Shown one piece after another: positions 32,061 to 43,074 of a DNA stretch of 64,000 nt. Below the pieces are notes generated by a model. The model saw nothing but the letters and a program-made list of their open reading frames with translations. It was not told where the DNA came from and made no database searches. This DNA is from Clostridia bacterium. Lineage in GTDB: Bacteria; Bacillota; Clostridia; Oscillospirales; RGIG577. The first letter of the stretch is position 1, and every line of letters begins with the position of its first letter. The stretch spans positions 6,073-70,072 of the forward strand of contig JAFWDJ010000024.1 in NCBI GenBank assembly GCA_017513095.1, in the 5' to 3' direction. Both the position numbers and the translations under genes were made by a program.

Positions 32061-34238
32061 TTACTGCATGCCTCTTACAACGTCTATAACGCCCTGAATG
32101 CGCGACAGCTTGTTCATGACGAACTCAAGCTGCGCAAGCGACTTTATCTCAATGGATACGTTGATAAGCGTAAAGCCGTCCTTCGTTTCGCGCGCGTTTA
32201 TGCTGCTCGTCTTTATCTTCATCGTCGAGAAAAGATTTATAACGTCGGCCACGATGTTGAGCCTGTCGCGCGAAACTATCTGAAGCGTCGATGTAAACAG
32301 CGATTCGCTCGTCTGCGTCCAGCTTACCTTGACCCAGCGCTGATTTGAGTCGCGCTCCGTGTTGTTTACGACGTTTACGCAATTCTTCTTATGCACCGAT
32401 ACGCCGAAGCCGCGCGTGATAAAGCCTACGACCTCGTCGCCCGGAAGCGGATTGCAGCAGCGGGCAAGCTTTATAAGGCAGTTGTCCATGCCCTCGACAA
32501 GGATGCCTCTGTAATTCTTCGTCTGCGGCTTTTCGGGCTGCTCAGGTGCGGCAAGCTCGGGCGCGGGCTCTGGCTCCTGCTGCTTTTTCTGCTTGTCACA
32601 TTCGCTTAAAACCTTTAATATGACCTTGTTGAGCGAAAATCCGCCGTAGCCTATGCCCGCGTAGAGGTCGTCCATGGATTTTGCGGAAAACCTGTTTAAA
32701 AGCGGGACGCGAATTTCGTCCTTTAAAACGTCGTTCATCGACAGGCCGTTTCGCTTTATCTCTTTTTCAAATTCGTTCTTGCCGCGCGTTATGTTTTCGT
32801 CGCGCTTCTCCTTTTTGAACCACTGGCGTATCTTGTTGCGTGCGCCGCTCGTTTTGCACATTTTAAGCCAGTCGAGCGAGGGGCCGTGCGACGAGGACGA
32901 ACGGATTATCTCGACTATGTCGCCGTTGTGAAGCACGTAATCTATGGGAACGATGCGGCCGTTTACCTTGCCGCCGTTCATGTTGTTGCCGACGCCCGAA
33001 TGTATGGCGTACGCGAAGTCTATTATCGTCGAGCCCTGCGGCAGATTGAGCACGTCGCCCGCCGGAGTGAATACGAATACCTCGTCCGCGAACATGTCTA
33101 TCTTGAGCGCGCGCATAAGGTCGTCGGGGTCCTCAGACTCCTTTTGTATCTCGAGAAGCTGCCTTACCCAAATGAGGTTCTCTCCGGCACGCTTGTCCGT
33201 TATGTTCTGCTTATACTTCCAGTGCGCCGCGATACCCATCTCGGCGACCTCGTCCATTTCCTTCGTGCGTATCTGCACCTCAAATGCGACGCCCGCCTTG
33301 CCTATTACTGTAGTGTGAAGCGACTGATACATATTCGGCTTCGGCGTGGAGATATAGTCCTTGAAGCGTCTCGGTATGGGCTTGTACATGTCGTGCATTA
33401 TGCCTAAGACGTTATAGCAGTCTACCGTTTCGTCGACTATTATGCGTATGGCAAAAAGGTCGTATATCTCATCGAAACTGCGGTTCTGCGTATACATTTT
33501 GCGGTATATGCTGTATATGTGCTTCGCACGGCTCGATATGGTATGCTTTAAGCCTGCTTCGTCAAGACGCTTTTTAACGCTCTCCTCTATGCTTGAAAGA
33601 AAGGCCTCGTTCTGCACCATTTTCTTTGCGATGTTTTCCTCTATTTCGCGGCAGGCAATCGGATCGAGTATCTTTATCGAGATGTCCTCAAGCTCCGTTT
33701 TTATCTTCTGAATACCGAGCCGGTGCGCGAGCGGCGAATAGACCTCTATCGTTTCAAGCGCCTTCTGACGCTGCTTCTCCTCGGGCATCGACGAGATCGT
33801 GCGCATATTGTGAAGCCTGTCGGCAAGCTTTATAAGCAGCACGCGGATGTCCTTCGCCATGGCGAGGAACATTTTCCGAAGATTCTCGATCTGCTGCTCC
33901 TCCTTCGAGGAATACGGTATGCGGCCGAGCTTTGTAACGCCGTCGACGAGGTCGGCGATCTCTTTGCCGAACTGCGACTTTATATCGTCGAGCGTGACGT
34001 CCGTATCCTCCACCGTATCGTGAAGGAGCGCCGCCGTTATGGAGTCGGAGTCGAGCGACATGTCGGCCAGAATATTCGCCACCTCGAGCGGATGGATGAT
34101 AAACGGGCCGCCGGCCACGCGCGTCTGCGATTTGTGTGCCTCGCGCGCAAGCTCGTACGCTCGCGTTATCTTATCGAAATCGGCGTTCTTATTGTATTTT
34201 TTAATTTTCGCGATAAGCTGATCGAATATTTCCTGCAT
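32061..34238 (-). CDS. relA: Bifunctional (p)ppGpp synthetase/hydrolase
   Basis: 725 aa. HD hydrolase domain (HPLEVA...HDTVEDT), synthetase motif RAKHIYSIYRKM, plus TGS and ACT domains. Confidence 0.95.
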   Translation of the reverse strand: MQEIFDQLIAKIKKYNKNADFDKITRAYELAREAHKSQTRVAGGPFIIHPLEVANILADMSLDSDSITAALLHDTVEDTDVTLDDIKSQFGKEIADLVDGVTKLGRIPYSSKEEQQIENLRKMFLAMAKDIRVLLIKLADRLHNMRTISSMPEEKQRQKALETIEVYSPLAHRLGIQKIKTELEDISIKILDPIACREIEENIAKKMVQNEAFLSSIEESVKKRLDEAGLKHTISSRAKHIYSIYRKMYTQNRSFDEIYDLFAIRIIVDETVDCYNVLGIMHDMYKPIPRRFKDYISTPKPNMYQSLHTTVIGKAGVAFEVQIRTKEMDEVAEMGIAAHWKYKQNITDKRAGENLIWVRQLLEIQKESEDPDDLMRALKIDMFADEVFVFTPAGDVLNLPQGSTIIDFAYAIHSGVGNNMNGGKVNGRIVPIDYVLHNGDIVEIIRSSSSHGPSLDWLKMCKTSGARNKIRQWFKKEKRDENITRGKNEFEKEIKRNGLSMNDVLKDEIRVPLLNRFSAKSMDDLYAGIGYGGFSLNKVILKVLSECDKQKKQQEPEPAPELAAPEQPEKPQTKNYRGILVEGMDNCLIKLARCCNPLPGDEVVGFITRGFGVSVHKKNCVNVVNNTERDSNQRWVKVSWTQTSESLFTSTLQIVSRDRLNIVADVINLFSTMKIKTSSINARETKDGFTLINVSIEIKSLAQLEFVMNKLSRIQGVIDVVRGMQ

Positions 34239-34254
34239 GTCGTTCCCCTGTGTT

Positions 34255-36342
34255 TTATGCGTTTGCGTAGTCCTCTTTGAGCTTGGTAAGTATCTTGGAA
34301 TCGTTTAAGTCGATTTTCGGCGCGCCCTTGTTTATATAAACCTTTATCGTTTTATCAACGTACTGAAAGCTTATAAGCGAATTTTCGGCCATTACCTCTA
34401 AGCAGACCATCATTTTTGCATGGTTTACGTCGCGCTTTGAATGCCACGACACCTCGCGCGCGAGCGTTAAAACAGAAAACTCGCATATGCCGCGCTGCGC
34501 CTTGGAGCAAAGATATCTGTAAGTCGCCACGAAATCGTCTCTTACGGGTATTATCGTTTCGAGCTCATCTTTTTTAAGGCTCAGACAGTCCCTGTGCTTT
34601 AAGTATATCTCATGGCAGGTATGCATATTTGTGCCGTACTGCCTTGAAAGCTCCATGTCTTTAATAATGAACTGCACCGAATCCCTGCCGCGGTACGTGT
34701 GGATGCCTGCCGTAAACACTATGTCAACGCGGTCTCCGGAGATAACGCCGAGCTCCTCCTCCGTTTTATTGAAATAGAAGGCCGAAACGAACTTGTCGCG
34801 GTCGAGCTGGATGTTGAATCTCAGATGCTTGTTTCCCGAAATGGGCACGGTATCCCAGATGAGCACGTTCTTCATGATGAAAACGGGCGTGGGATTTGCC
34901 GTACCGTAAGGCTCCAGCACGGAAAGCTCGTTTATCGTGTCTATCGTCGCCTCGCCCGGGTATAATTCGCAGTCCGCCATGAGAGCCGGAAGCTCTATGG
35001 ACATAAGCTCCTCACGGCTTTGGCGGTTTATCTCCTCCCTGAAGGCAGGGATGTTTTCTTTCTTTATGCTCAGTCCCGCCGCAAGCTCGTGACCGCCGAA
35101 TTTTTCGAGATAAGAGCTCGTTTTTTCAAGTGCGCGGAAAAGGCTGAAATTGCCCACGCTGCGGCCGCTGCCCTTTCCGGGCTCCTCCTGAGTCGATATG
35201 AGTATCGTGGGACAGGAGTAACGCTCGCATATTTTCGACGCTACTACGCCTATGACGCCCTGATGCCATTCTTCGTTCTCCAATACTATTATCGAGGGCT
35301 CGTTTTTCTTTATGCCGCGGATTTCAAGTGCCTCCGTGACCTGGCGCAGTATCTGGGCCTCGGTCTCCTGGCGAAGGCGGTTCTTTTTTATAAGCTCGTC
35401 GGCTATCTCGTCGGCCGTATTCTTATCCTTCGTCACAAAGAGCTCTACCGCGAGATTAGCGTTTCCAACGCGTCCCGCCGCGTTTATGCGCGGAGCGAGC
35501 ACGAAGCTTACGGAAACGGCGTTTATCGGCTTATCCTCAAGGCCCGATTTGTTTATAAGCGCCCTAAGTCCTAAATTCTCGGTGCTCTGAAGGTGCTTTA
35601 AGCCCTCCTTTGCGATAAGCCTGTTCTCGCCCGAAAGCGGCATAACGTCGGCAATCGTGCCTATCGCCACAAGCTCGCAGTAGCGGCAGAAGAGATCCTT
35701 CATTTTTGCCTTGCCCGCGATAGCGCAGATGAGCTTGAATACGACGCCCACGCCCGCCAAATTCTTAAAGGGGTACGGGCAGTCGGGACGCTTCGGGTTT
35801 ATAACGGCGAAGGCATCGGGTATTTCTGACGAGCATTCGTGATGGTCGGTTATTATTATGTCGAGACCTATGGAGTTTGCGTATTTTACCTCTTCAAACC
35901 CCGTTATGCCCGAATCGACCGTGATAAGCAGTGTCGCGCCCGCGTCGTAAAGCGCCTTTATGGCGCAGGAATTAAGACCGTATCCCTCGTCGCATCTCTG
36001 CGGTATGTAGTACGCGGTCTCAAGGCCCAAAGACGAAAGATAATTTATAAGCACCGCGGTAGCGGTAACGCCGTCGACGTCGTAGTCGCCGTAAACGGCG
36101 ATTTTTTCGCGGTTCTTAACAGCGCGCGCAAGCCTTTCACAGGCCTTATCCATATCCTTCATGAGGAACGGATCGTTCCAAAGCTCCACGCCTGCTTCTA
36201 TAAATGAATTTGCCTCATCGGCGTTATTTATTCCCCTGTTTATAAGCAATATTTTGACAAGCTCGCTCTGAGCAAGCGAAGAAAGCGCGTCCGTGTTCTG
36301 CGTTCTTCTGTCAAACATACATTGCCATGAGCTGTTTTTCAT
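34255..36342 (-). CDS. recJ: Single-stranded-DNA-specific exonuclease RecJ
   Basis: 695 aa. DHH motifs (VYGDYDVDG, ITVDSG, IITDHH) and DHHA1 (GGHELAAG). Confidence 0.92.
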   Translation of the reverse strand: MKNSSWQCMFDRRTQNTDALSSLAQSELVKILLINRGINNADEANSFIEAGVELWNDPFLMKDMDKACERLARAVKNREKIAVYGDYDVDGVTATAVLINYLSSLGLETAYYIPQRCDEGYGLNSCAIKALYDAGATLLITVDSGITGFEEVKYANSIGLDIIITDHHECSSEIPDAFAVINPKRPDCPYPFKNLAGVGVVFKLICAIAGKAKMKDLFCRYCELVAIGTIADVMPLSGENRLIAKEGLKHLQSTENLGLRALINKSGLEDKPINAVSVSFVLAPRINAAGRVGNANLAVELFVTKDKNTADEIADELIKKNRLRQETEAQILRQVTEALEIRGIKKNEPSIIVLENEEWHQGVIGVVASKICERYSCPTILISTQEEPGKGSGRSVGNFSLFRALEKTSSYLEKFGGHELAAGLSIKKENIPAFREEINRQSREELMSIELPALMADCELYPGEATIDTINELSVLEPYGTANPTPVFIMKNVLIWDTVPISGNKHLRFNIQLDRDKFVSAFYFNKTEEELGVISGDRVDIVFTAGIHTYRGRDSVQFIIKDMELSRQYGTNMHTCHEIYLKHRDCLSLKKDELETIIPVRDDFVATYRYLCSKAQRGICEFSVLTLAREVSWHSKRDVNHAKMMVCLEVMAENSLISFQYVDKTIKVYINKGAPKIDLNDSKILTKLKEDYANA

Positions 36343-36394
36343 ATCCTCACCAACATAATTTTTATATACATCATATTATAAGCAATAATAATTT

Positions 36395-36423
36395 ATTATA
36401 CCAGATGTAGTGACCTCTGACAA
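36395..36423 (-). promoter_or_regulatory. Putative sigma-A promoter of the recJ-relA-dtd block
   Basis: Minus strand reads TTGTCA(36423-36418)-17 nt-TATAAT(36400-36395) with a TG extension. Confidence 0.5.
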
Positions 36424-36464
36424 CAAAAATAATTAAAAATCTTTAATTTTTATATTATCAAAAG

Positions 36465-36500
36465 CCAAAAAGACAGCAAAAACTTTAGCTTAGCTGTCTT
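36465..36500 (-). terminator. Terminator downstream of the small radical SAM gene
   Basis: Stem aagacagc(36470-36477)/gctgtctt(36493-36500), followed on the minus strand by TTTTGG. Confidence 0.55.
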
Positions 36501-36529
36501 TGAAGGGTTTAAAAATAGGCTTTTGCCGT

Positions 36530-37141
36530 TTATTTTACCATCTCGCGTATACGAAGTGGAATACCGAGCTTTTGACAGAGCTCCTTAGAGCGTTCGATCT
36601 GCTCCTTCGGGATTATGTCTACTACGGTAAACATCGTATCTATCCCCGCTGCCCTGCAGCGCTTTGCAAAGGCGCACATCGCGTCGAACGCCTTTTCGCC
36701 GTATACGGGGCGCGTGACCTTTGTATAGCCGGCGGCGTCGGGCGCGTTTAAGCTTATCGAAACTATGTCGATAAGTCCCTTTATTTCGGGCACGATGTCG
36801 CGGCTGTTTATAAGGTCGGAAAGGCCGTTCGTGTTCAGGCGTATCGGCGTCTTTGTGCGCGATTTTATAAGCCTTGCCGTCTCGCACATCGCATCTGCGC
36901 GCTCAGTGGGTTCTCCGTATCCGCAAAAGACGATCTGCGCGTATTTGTCGAGCTTTCGCTCATCGAGCGCGGCGGTTATCTCCGCAAGCGACGGCTCGTG
37001 ATCGAGCCATAACGGGTCGGAGCCGTAGGCGCCGTCACCGTTGTTTCGTATGCAGAAAACGCAGTCGCACGGACAGGCGTTCGTTATATTCAAATAGAGA
37101 TTGTCCTCCACCTCGTACGTTATAGTCATAAATTTTTTCAT
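36530..37141 (-). CDS. Small radical SAM protein (TatD-associated type)
   Basis: 203 aa. N-terminal CPCDCVFC cluster motif. Confidence 0.7.
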   Translation of the reverse strand: MKKFMTITYEVEDNLYLNITNACPCDCVFCIRNNGDGAYGSDPLWLDHEPSLAEITAALDERKLDKYAQIVFCGYGEPTERADAMCETARLIKSRTKTPIRLNTNGLSDLINSRDIVPEIKGLIDIVSISLNAPDAAGYTKVTRPVYGEKAFDAMCAFAKRCRAAGIDTMFTVVDIIPKEQIERSKELCQKLGIPLRIREMVK

Positions 37142-37287
37142 GGTGTTTTCCCGTTCTGTTTTAAAAATCTAAGCCGAAGCAAGTCGATTATACTACATAT
37201 ATGTTCTTTATGTCAACCGCGAAGAACATGTGCCCTATGTGCATTTTTGTAAAAAACACCTTTAAAAAACGTTCAATTTTTGAAAAC

Positions 37288-37316
37288 TTGACAACTTAAA
37301 AATTTTATGGTATACT
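37288..37316 (+). promoter_or_regulatory. Putative sigma-A promoter
   Basis: TTGACA(37288-37293)-17 nt-TATACT(37311-37316) with a TG extension. Lies 50 nt upstream of the NlpC/P60 gene. Confidence 0.55.
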
Positions 37317-37368
37317 CCTCGTATAACTTTTACTGGCTTGGGAAAATTTTTGAGGAAAGAAGGTGTCC

Positions 37369-38175
37369 ATGCAAGGGCTAAGAAAGAAAAGTATTAAATC
37401 AAAAATATTGGAGTACATCGTTATTTCAGCAATCATTGTAATTTCCCTCGGCGCAACAGCGGCATTTGCTGGCGATTGGGGTCAGGGCGTGGTAATCGCC
37501 TCCAAGGGCCTCAATGTAAGAGCATCCGCTTCTTTGGATGGTGAAAAAATATCAGTTATACCGGACGCAACTGTTGTAAGCGTTAATGCAATGACTCCCG
37601 ACGGACGTTGGTATGATGTTACATTCAAAGGCGTGTCCGGATACGTTTCCAGCGACTATCTTTCGCTGCGGACATACGATATAGAAAACTACGGTAAATA
37701 TTTCGACGACGCAAGCGGAACATACGTCGAACCCGAGCTTTTTACCGACAAGGAAGTAACCGCCACGTTCTCCGTTAACAGAGATGGGAACACACCCGAG
37801 GGACAGGTAGTCTGCGAGTTCGCAGCGAACTTCTTAGGTGTGCCTTATGTATCAGGGGGCACATCTCCGAAGGGATTTGACTGTTCGGGATTCGTTCAGT
37901 ACGTCTTCTCGGAGTGCGGTTACCAATTACCCCGCACTGCGACCGAACAGTGCGAGTCATTATCTATCACGGTAGATAAATCCGACTTGCTCCCCGGCGA
38001 CCTTGTTTTCTTCAAGCAGCCGGGTAACTCAAAGCCGATTGGTCATGTAGGCATATATGTCGGAGACGGCCTCTTCATACATGCAACCTACACCGGCGAC
38101 GTAATAAGATACGGTGACCTTAATACAAAATATTATATAGAAAATTATGTCACGTCAAAAAGGCTTTTATCTTAA
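37369..38175 (+). CDS. SH3b + NlpC/P60 cell-wall peptidase
   Basis: N-terminal TM/signal, SH3b-like domain (LNVRASASLDGEKISVIPD...GYVSSDYL), NlpC/P60 catalytic Cys (GFDCSGFVQYVF) and His (GHVGIYVG). ATG at 37369, after GAGGAAAGAAGG. Confidence 0.85.
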   Translation: MQGLRKKSIKSKILEYIVISAIIVISLGATAAFAGDWGQGVVIASKGLNVRASASLDGEKISVIPDATVVSVNAMTPDGRWYDVTFKGVSGYVSSDYLSLRTYDIENYGKYFDDASGTYVEPELFTDKEVTATFSVNRDGNTPEGQVVCEFAANFLGVPYVSGGTSPKGFDCSGFVQYVFSECGYQLPRTATEQCESLSITVDKSDLLPGDLVFFKQPGNSKPIGHVGIYVGDGLFIHATYTGDVIRYGDLNTKYYIENYVTSKRLLS

Positions 38176-38253
38176 AGCTACACCCAAGCAAAGTAAAAAA
38201 GCCTATAGTCGTGCAGTATCGTTCTATGTAGTATCTAAGTAGTATCAAATATG

Positions 38254-38290
38254 AATTGGACAGGTTTTTGCAGTACCTGTCCAATTTTCT
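38254..38290 (+). terminator. Rho-independent terminator
   Basis: 11-bp stem aattggacagg(38254-38264)/cctgtccaatt(38276-38286) followed by TTT. Confidence 0.65.
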
Positions 38291-38328
38291 TATAAGGATT
38301 TTCGTCACGCTGCGGAAAGGAAACGGCT

Positions 38329-39021
38329 ATGAACGAAGCATTGAAAAAAGAATTAGCGGCGCTTTCAAGCGAAAAGCATGCCGAATTTTCGAAAAAGCTT
38401 ATCCCCACCTCCGCGCTTATCATGGGCGTTAAAACGCCGGAGCTTAAGCGCCTTGCAAAAAAGATAAGCCGCGGCGATTATAAGGCGTTTCTAAGCGCCC
38501 CCTGCTATAATACGTATGAGGAAACGGCGCTTCGCGCGCTTGTGATTAGTTTCGCGAAGCTTGATTTAAGCGAGCGCTTGGCGCTGATTGAGGACTTCGT
38601 ACCGCACATCGACAACTGGGCCGTATGCGACCTTTTCTGCAGCGCGCTCCGCCCCGTAATAAAGAAGAACCGAGGCGAATTTTTTGCGCTTATCCAAAAG
38701 TATCTCTATTCGGATAAGGAGTTTTACATCCGCTTCGGTCTCGTTGTTATTCTTGTCGGCTTCGTTTGCGAGGAGTACGCACCGCTCGCCTTTGAAATTT
38801 TCGACACGGTCGATAAAAGCGCCTTCTACGCCATGATGGGAGCCGCCTGGACTCTTGCCGAGTTCTATATAAAGCTTCCCGAGCTTACGCTTCCCTATCT
38901 TTTAAATAACCGCCTCGACGACAGAACGTATAACAAGGCGATATCAAAAATGCTCGAGTCGTACCGTGTAAGCGACGAGGACAAAAAAATGCTTCGCCGC
39001 ATGAAGAGAAAATCGTCTTAA
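38329..39021 (+). CDS. DNA alkylation repair protein (AlkD-like HEAT-repeat family)
   Basis: 230 aa. Family-typical helical repeats and the DNWAVCD motif. Confidence 0.7.
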   Translation: MNEALKKELAALSSEKHAEFSKKLIPTSALIMGVKTPELKRLAKKISRGDYKAFLSAPCYNTYEETALRALVISFAKLDLSERLALIEDFVPHIDNWAVCDLFCSALRPVIKKNRGEFFALIQKYLYSDKEFYIRFGLVVILVGFVCEEYAPLAFEIFDTVDKSAFYAMMGAAWTLAEFYIKLPELTLPYLLNNRLDDRTYNKAISKMLESYRVSDEDKKMLRRMKRKSS

Positions 39022-39851
39022 CCATTATATAATCCGCGAAGAAGCTCTATCTCTTTTTTATATCCGTCGAGATCGCACGGCGTTTCAAGGCAGAACGGCA
39101 GGCCCGAAAGCTTTTCGTGATTTATTATGCGCCCTATCGCCTCGAGGCCGAGATGCCCTTCGCCTATTTTGGCGTGTCTGTCCTTGTGCGCGCCCAAAGG
39201 GTTCATACTGTCGTTAAGATGTACGGCCTTAAGGCGGTCAAGCCCTATAATATCGTCAAACTCCGCGAGCACCCCGTCGGGATCGCCCGCGATATCGTAT
39301 CCCGCGTCCCATACGTGGCAGGTGTCAAGGCATACGCCGAGCTTGCCTTGAAGCTTTACTCTGTCTATTATTTCCCTTATCTCCCCGAAATTCGAGCCGA
39401 CCTCGCTGCCCTTTCCCGACATCGTTTCAAGCAACACGACGGTCGACTGCCCGGGGGTAAGCACCTCGTTTAAAAGGGCCGCTATGTATTCTATGCCCTT
39501 CTCTATGCCCTGTCCCACGTGGCTGCCCGGGTGGAAGTTGTAGTAGTTTCCGGGCGTATATTCAAGGCGCAAAAGGTCGTCGCGAAACGTATCGAGCGCG
39601 AACGTGCGCTTGTGCTCGTCCGCGGCGCACGGATTTAAGGTATACGGCGAATGGGCAATGACGGGGCCTATGTCCGCCGCCTTTGCCGCCTCAAGGTAGA
39701 GCGCCGCATCCTCGGGGTCGATATCCTTTGCCGCGCCGCCGCGCGGATTTCTGGTAAAGAACTGAAACGTCGTCCCGTTTACGTAAACGGCGTCCTTATA
39801 CATATTATAGTACCCTTTCGACGATGAAAGATGGCATCCAATTCTGAACAT
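39018..39851 (-). CDS. nfo: Deoxyribonuclease IV (endonuclease IV)
   Basis: 277 aa. AP endonuclease family 2 motifs ([29 protein letters not shown]...HAKIGEG). Confidence 0.9.
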   Translation of the reverse strand: MFRIGCHLSSSKGYYNMYKDAVYVNGTTFQFFTRNPRGGAAKDIDPEDAALYLEAAKAADIGPVIAHSPYTLNPCAADEHKRTFALDTFRDDLLRLEYTPGNYYNFHPGSHVGQGIEKGIEYIAALLNEVLTPGQSTVVLLETMSGKGSEVGSNFGEIREIIDRVKLQGKLGVCLDTCHVWDAGYDIAGDPDGVLAEFDDIIGLDRLKAVHLNDSMNPLGAHKDRHAKIGEGHLGLEAIGRIINHEKLSGLPFCLETPCDLDGYKKEIELLRGLYNG

Positions 39852-39867
39852 AATATCCTCCGAAGGC

Positions 39868-40998
39868 TTATGAGAGCCTCATTTTAAAATCCTCGTATCC
39901 GAAGCTTTTTACAAGCTCGGTCTTTCCGCTTTTGTGAAGTATCGCGATAGACGGAAGGCACATGCCGTTGAACGTGTTGTTTTTCACCATGGAATATATG
40001 GCCATATCCCCGAAAACAAGCCTGTCGCCCACGCTCAAGGGCCTGTCGAAAGAATAATCGCCTATTATATCACCCGCAAGACAGGTGGCGCCCGCCAGAC
40101 GGTATGTATGCGCCTTCTCGCCCGCCTCGCCGCTGTCAAAAAGCGGCGGCCGGTACGGCATTTCGATTACGTCGGGCATATGGCACGCGGCGGAGGCGTC
40201 AAGAAGCGCGATGTAGATGCCGTTTCTTACGATGTCCAGGACCGCGGCAATAAGATAGCCCGCGTTGAGCGCGACGGCCTCGCCCGGTTCGAGATATACC
40301 TCCACGCCGTATTTTTGCCGGAAGCGGCGCACGGCCGAAATCAGCGCGTCCCTGTTGTAGTCCGCGCGCGTTATGTGATGGCCGCCGCCGAAATTTATCC
40401 ATTTCATAAGGGGGATGAACTCGCCGAACTTTTCTTCAACCGCTGAAATAGTCTCAATGAGAGCGTCGCTGTTCTGTTCGCAGAGCGTGTGAAAATGAAG
40501 CCCGTCTATGCCGGATAAAAGCTCGGGACGAAAGGCCGCGCGCGTCACTCCGAGCCTTGAGCCGGGCGCGCACGGGTCGTATATCGCGTGATCCTGCGTG
40601 GAATGCTCGGGATTTATGCGTATGCCGAAGCTTTTACGGCTCTTTTGGGCCGCATCTTTGTATTTTTCCCACTGTGAGAAAGAGTTGAACACGATATGGT
40701 CGCCATATTTTAATATTTCAGAAAACTCGCGCGGATCGTAAGCCGCCGAAAATACGTGCGTCTCCTTTCCCATTTCTTCGTGCCCGAGGCGCGCCTCGAA
40801 AAGACCGCTTGCCGTCGTGCCGTCAAGATATTCTCCGATGAGCGGGTACACACAAAACATGGAAAATGCTTTTTGAGCAAGCAGGATTTTGCATCCTGCC
40901 TGCTCTTTTACGTCTTTAAGTATTTTTAAATTCTCTATAAGCTTCCCCTCGTCAAGAACGTAGCACGGCGTGGGAAGCGACGAAAGCCCGGCCTTCAT
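39868..40998 (-). CDS. nspC: Carboxynorspermidine/carboxyspermidine decarboxylase
   Basis: 376 aa. Alanine-racemase-fold PLP decarboxylase with the typical CANSDC N-terminus ([13 protein letters not shown]). Follows a CANSDH gene. Confidence 0.85.
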   Translation of the reverse strand: MKAGLSSLPTPCYVLDEGKLIENLKILKDVKEQAGCKILLAQKAFSMFCVYPLIGEYLDGTTASGLFEARLGHEEMGKETHVFSAAYDPREFSEILKYGDHIVFNSFSQWEKYKDAAQKSRKSFGIRINPEHSTQDHAIYDPCAPGSRLGVTRAAFRPELLSGIDGLHFHTLCEQNSDALIETISAVEEKFGEFIPLMKWINFGGGHHITRADYNRDALISAVRRFRQKYGVEVYLEPGEAVALNAGYLIAAVLDIVRNGIYIALLDASAACHMPDVIEMPYRPPLFDSGEAGEKAHTYRLAGATCLAGDIIGDYSFDRPLSVGDRLVFGDMAIYSMVKNNTFNGMCLPSIAILHKSGKTELVKSFGYEDFKMRLS

Positions 40999-42200
40999 CA
41001 GTCCACCAATACAGGGTTAAAGTCTTCTTCCCACGGAAGGCCCCATTTATTGAGCGCGTCCATAAACGGATCGGGGTCGAACTGCTCTATGTTCCATACG
41101 CCGGGGCGATTCCATTTGCCCGTCATCACGAGCATTGCGCCTATCATCGCGGGAACGCCCGTCGTATACGAAATGGCCTGGCTTCCCACTTCCTTATAGC
41201 ATTCCTGATGGTCGCAGATGTTGTAAAGATAGTAGGTCTTATCTTTGCCGTCCTTCTTTCCGCGGAATATGCAGCCGATATTCGTCTTTCCCACGGTGCG
41301 CGGACCGAGCGTTGCGGGATCGGGCAGCACGGCCTTTAAGAACTGAAGCGGCACTATCATTTTGCCCTCGTATTCTATCGGCTCGATAGACGTCATGCCG
41401 ACGTTCTCAAGGCACTTTAAATGAGTAAGATAGCTTTGGCCGAACGTCATGAAGAAGCGTATGCGCTTTATGCCCTTTATGTTGAGCGCAAGGCTTTCAA
41501 GCTCCTCGTGGTGAAGAAGATACATATCCTTTTTGCCCACGCCCTTAAAGTCGTATTCGCGCTTTATCTCCATGGGCGCAGTCTCCACCCATTTGCCGTC
41601 CTCCCAGTAGCTGCCGTTCGCGGAGACCTCGCGTATGTTTATCTCGGGATTGAAATTCGTCGCGAACGGATATCCGTGGTCGCCGCCGTTGCAGTCGAGT
41701 ATGTCGATATAATTTATCTCGTCGAACTGGTGCTTCATCGCGTACGCGGAGAATACGCCCGTAACTCCGGGGTCGAAGCCGCTGCCCAAAAGCGCGCAGA
41801 TGCCCGCCTCTTTGAACTTTTCCATGTACGCCCACTGCCACTTGTATTCAAACTTTGCAGTATCGAGCGGCTCATAATTGGCGGTATCGATATAATGCGT
41901 TTTCGTTTTAAGGCAGGCGTCCATTATCGTAAGATCCTGATAAGGGAGCGCAAGATTTAAAACGACGTCGGGCCCAAACTCGTTTATCAGCGCGACGAGC
42001 TCGTCTACGTTGTCCGCGTCCACCTTTGCGGTGTGTATCTTCGTTTTCGTAGTGCCCGAAAGCTTCTCCTTGAGCGCATCGCACTTTGACTTCGTGCGGC
42101 TGGCTATCATTATCTCCTCGAAGACCTCGCTGTTCTGGCAGCACTTATGAATTGCCACGCTTGCCACGCCTCCGCAGCCGATTATCATACATTTTCCCAT
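40998..42200 (-). CDS. Carboxynorspermidine/carboxyspermidine synthase (saccharopine-dehydrogenase family)
   Basis: 400 aa. N-terminal Rossmann motif IIGCGGVASV. Length and neighbourhood match CANSDH/CASDH. Confidence 0.8.
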   Translation of the reverse strand: MGKCMIIGCGGVASVAIHKCCQNSEVFEEIMIASRTKSKCDALKEKLSGTTKTKIHTAKVDADNVDELVALINEFGPDVVLNLALPYQDLTIMDACLKTKTHYIDTANYEPLDTAKFEYKWQWAYMEKFKEAGICALLGSGFDPGVTGVFSAYAMKHQFDEINYIDILDCNGGDHGYPFATNFNPEINIREVSANGSYWEDGKWVETAPMEIKREYDFKGVGKKDMYLLHHEELESLALNIKGIKRIRFFMTFGQSYLTHLKCLENVGMTSIEPIEYEGKMIVPLQFLKAVLPDPATLGPRTVGKTNIGCIFRGKKDGKDKTYYLYNICDHQECYKEVGSQAISYTTGVPAMIGAMLVMTGKWNRPGVWNIEQFDPDPFMDALNKWGLPWEEDFNPVLVD

Positions 42201-42228
42201 TATTCGTACCTCCTTTAAGAATATAAAA

Positions 42229-43074
42229 TCAAAGTATCTGAAGTATTATTTCCCTCGTTATCTTGCAGGCCGCCGCGGTCGATATGCCGCTTTGGTCGTA
42301 ATGCGGCGAAAGCTCGTTTATGTCGCACGCGACGATATTGAGACGGTTGAGCATGAGTATCGCCCCCATTAGCTCCTTAAAGCTTACGCCGCCTGCCTCG
42401 GGCGTTCCCGTGCCGGGGAATGCCGACGGATCGAGAACGTCCAAATCGAGCGAAAAGTACACGGGCTTTCCCCTAAGCTCCTCGACGGCACCGGAAAAGC
42501 CGTCGAGGTCGAATTTGTGAAGCTTCGTATGCTCTTTTGCGAACTCGAATTCGTATTTTTCGCCGCTTCGTATGCCGAACTGATGTATGCGCCCGTCTCC
42601 CGTGAGCTTCCATACCTGCTTCATGACAGTCGAGTGGGAAAGCTCTTCGCCTATATATTCGTCCCTTAAATCCGTGTGCGCGTCGAAATGTATGACGTGA
42701 AGGTCGGGATAAGCCCGGACGGCCGCGCGCATAGCGCCAAGCGTTACGAGATGCTCCCCTCCGAGCATGATAAAACGCTTTTTGTCGGCTATGAGCCCTG
42801 CGGCGTAATCCTCTATCATTTTAAGCACGCGCTCGGTATTTCCGAACGGCAGATCGAGGTCGCCGCCGTCGAAGACCTTTACGTCCGTAAGGTCACGGTC
42901 ACAGTAGGGCGAGTATGTTTCGATGCCGAACGACTCTCCGCGTATCGCGGCGGGGCCGAAGCGCGTTCCCGGGCGGAATGAAGTCGTACCGTCGAACGGC
43001 GCGCCGAAAACAACGGCGTCGGCTTCGTCGTAGTCAGCGTCGCAGCCGATAAAAGTATGCACGTTCTTATTCAT
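42229..43074 (-). CDS. speB: Agmatinase (ureohydrolase family)
   Basis: 281 aa. Arginase-family Mn motifs (GGEHLVT, HFDAHTDL, SLDLDVLDP). Confidence 0.88.
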   Translation of the reverse strand: MNKNVHTFIGCDADYDEADAVVFGAPFDGTTSFRPGTRFGPAAIRGESFGIETYSPYCDRDLTDVKVFDGGDLDLPFGNTERVLKMIEDYAAGLIADKKRFIMLGGEHLVTLGAMRAAVRAYPDLHVIHFDAHTDLRDEYIGEELSHSTVMKQVWKLTGDGRIHQFGIRSGEKYEFEFAKEHTKLHKFDLDGFSGAVEELRGKPVYFSLDLDVLDPSAFPGTGTPEAGGVSFKELMGAILMLNRLNIVACDINELSPHYDQSGISTAAACKITREIILQIL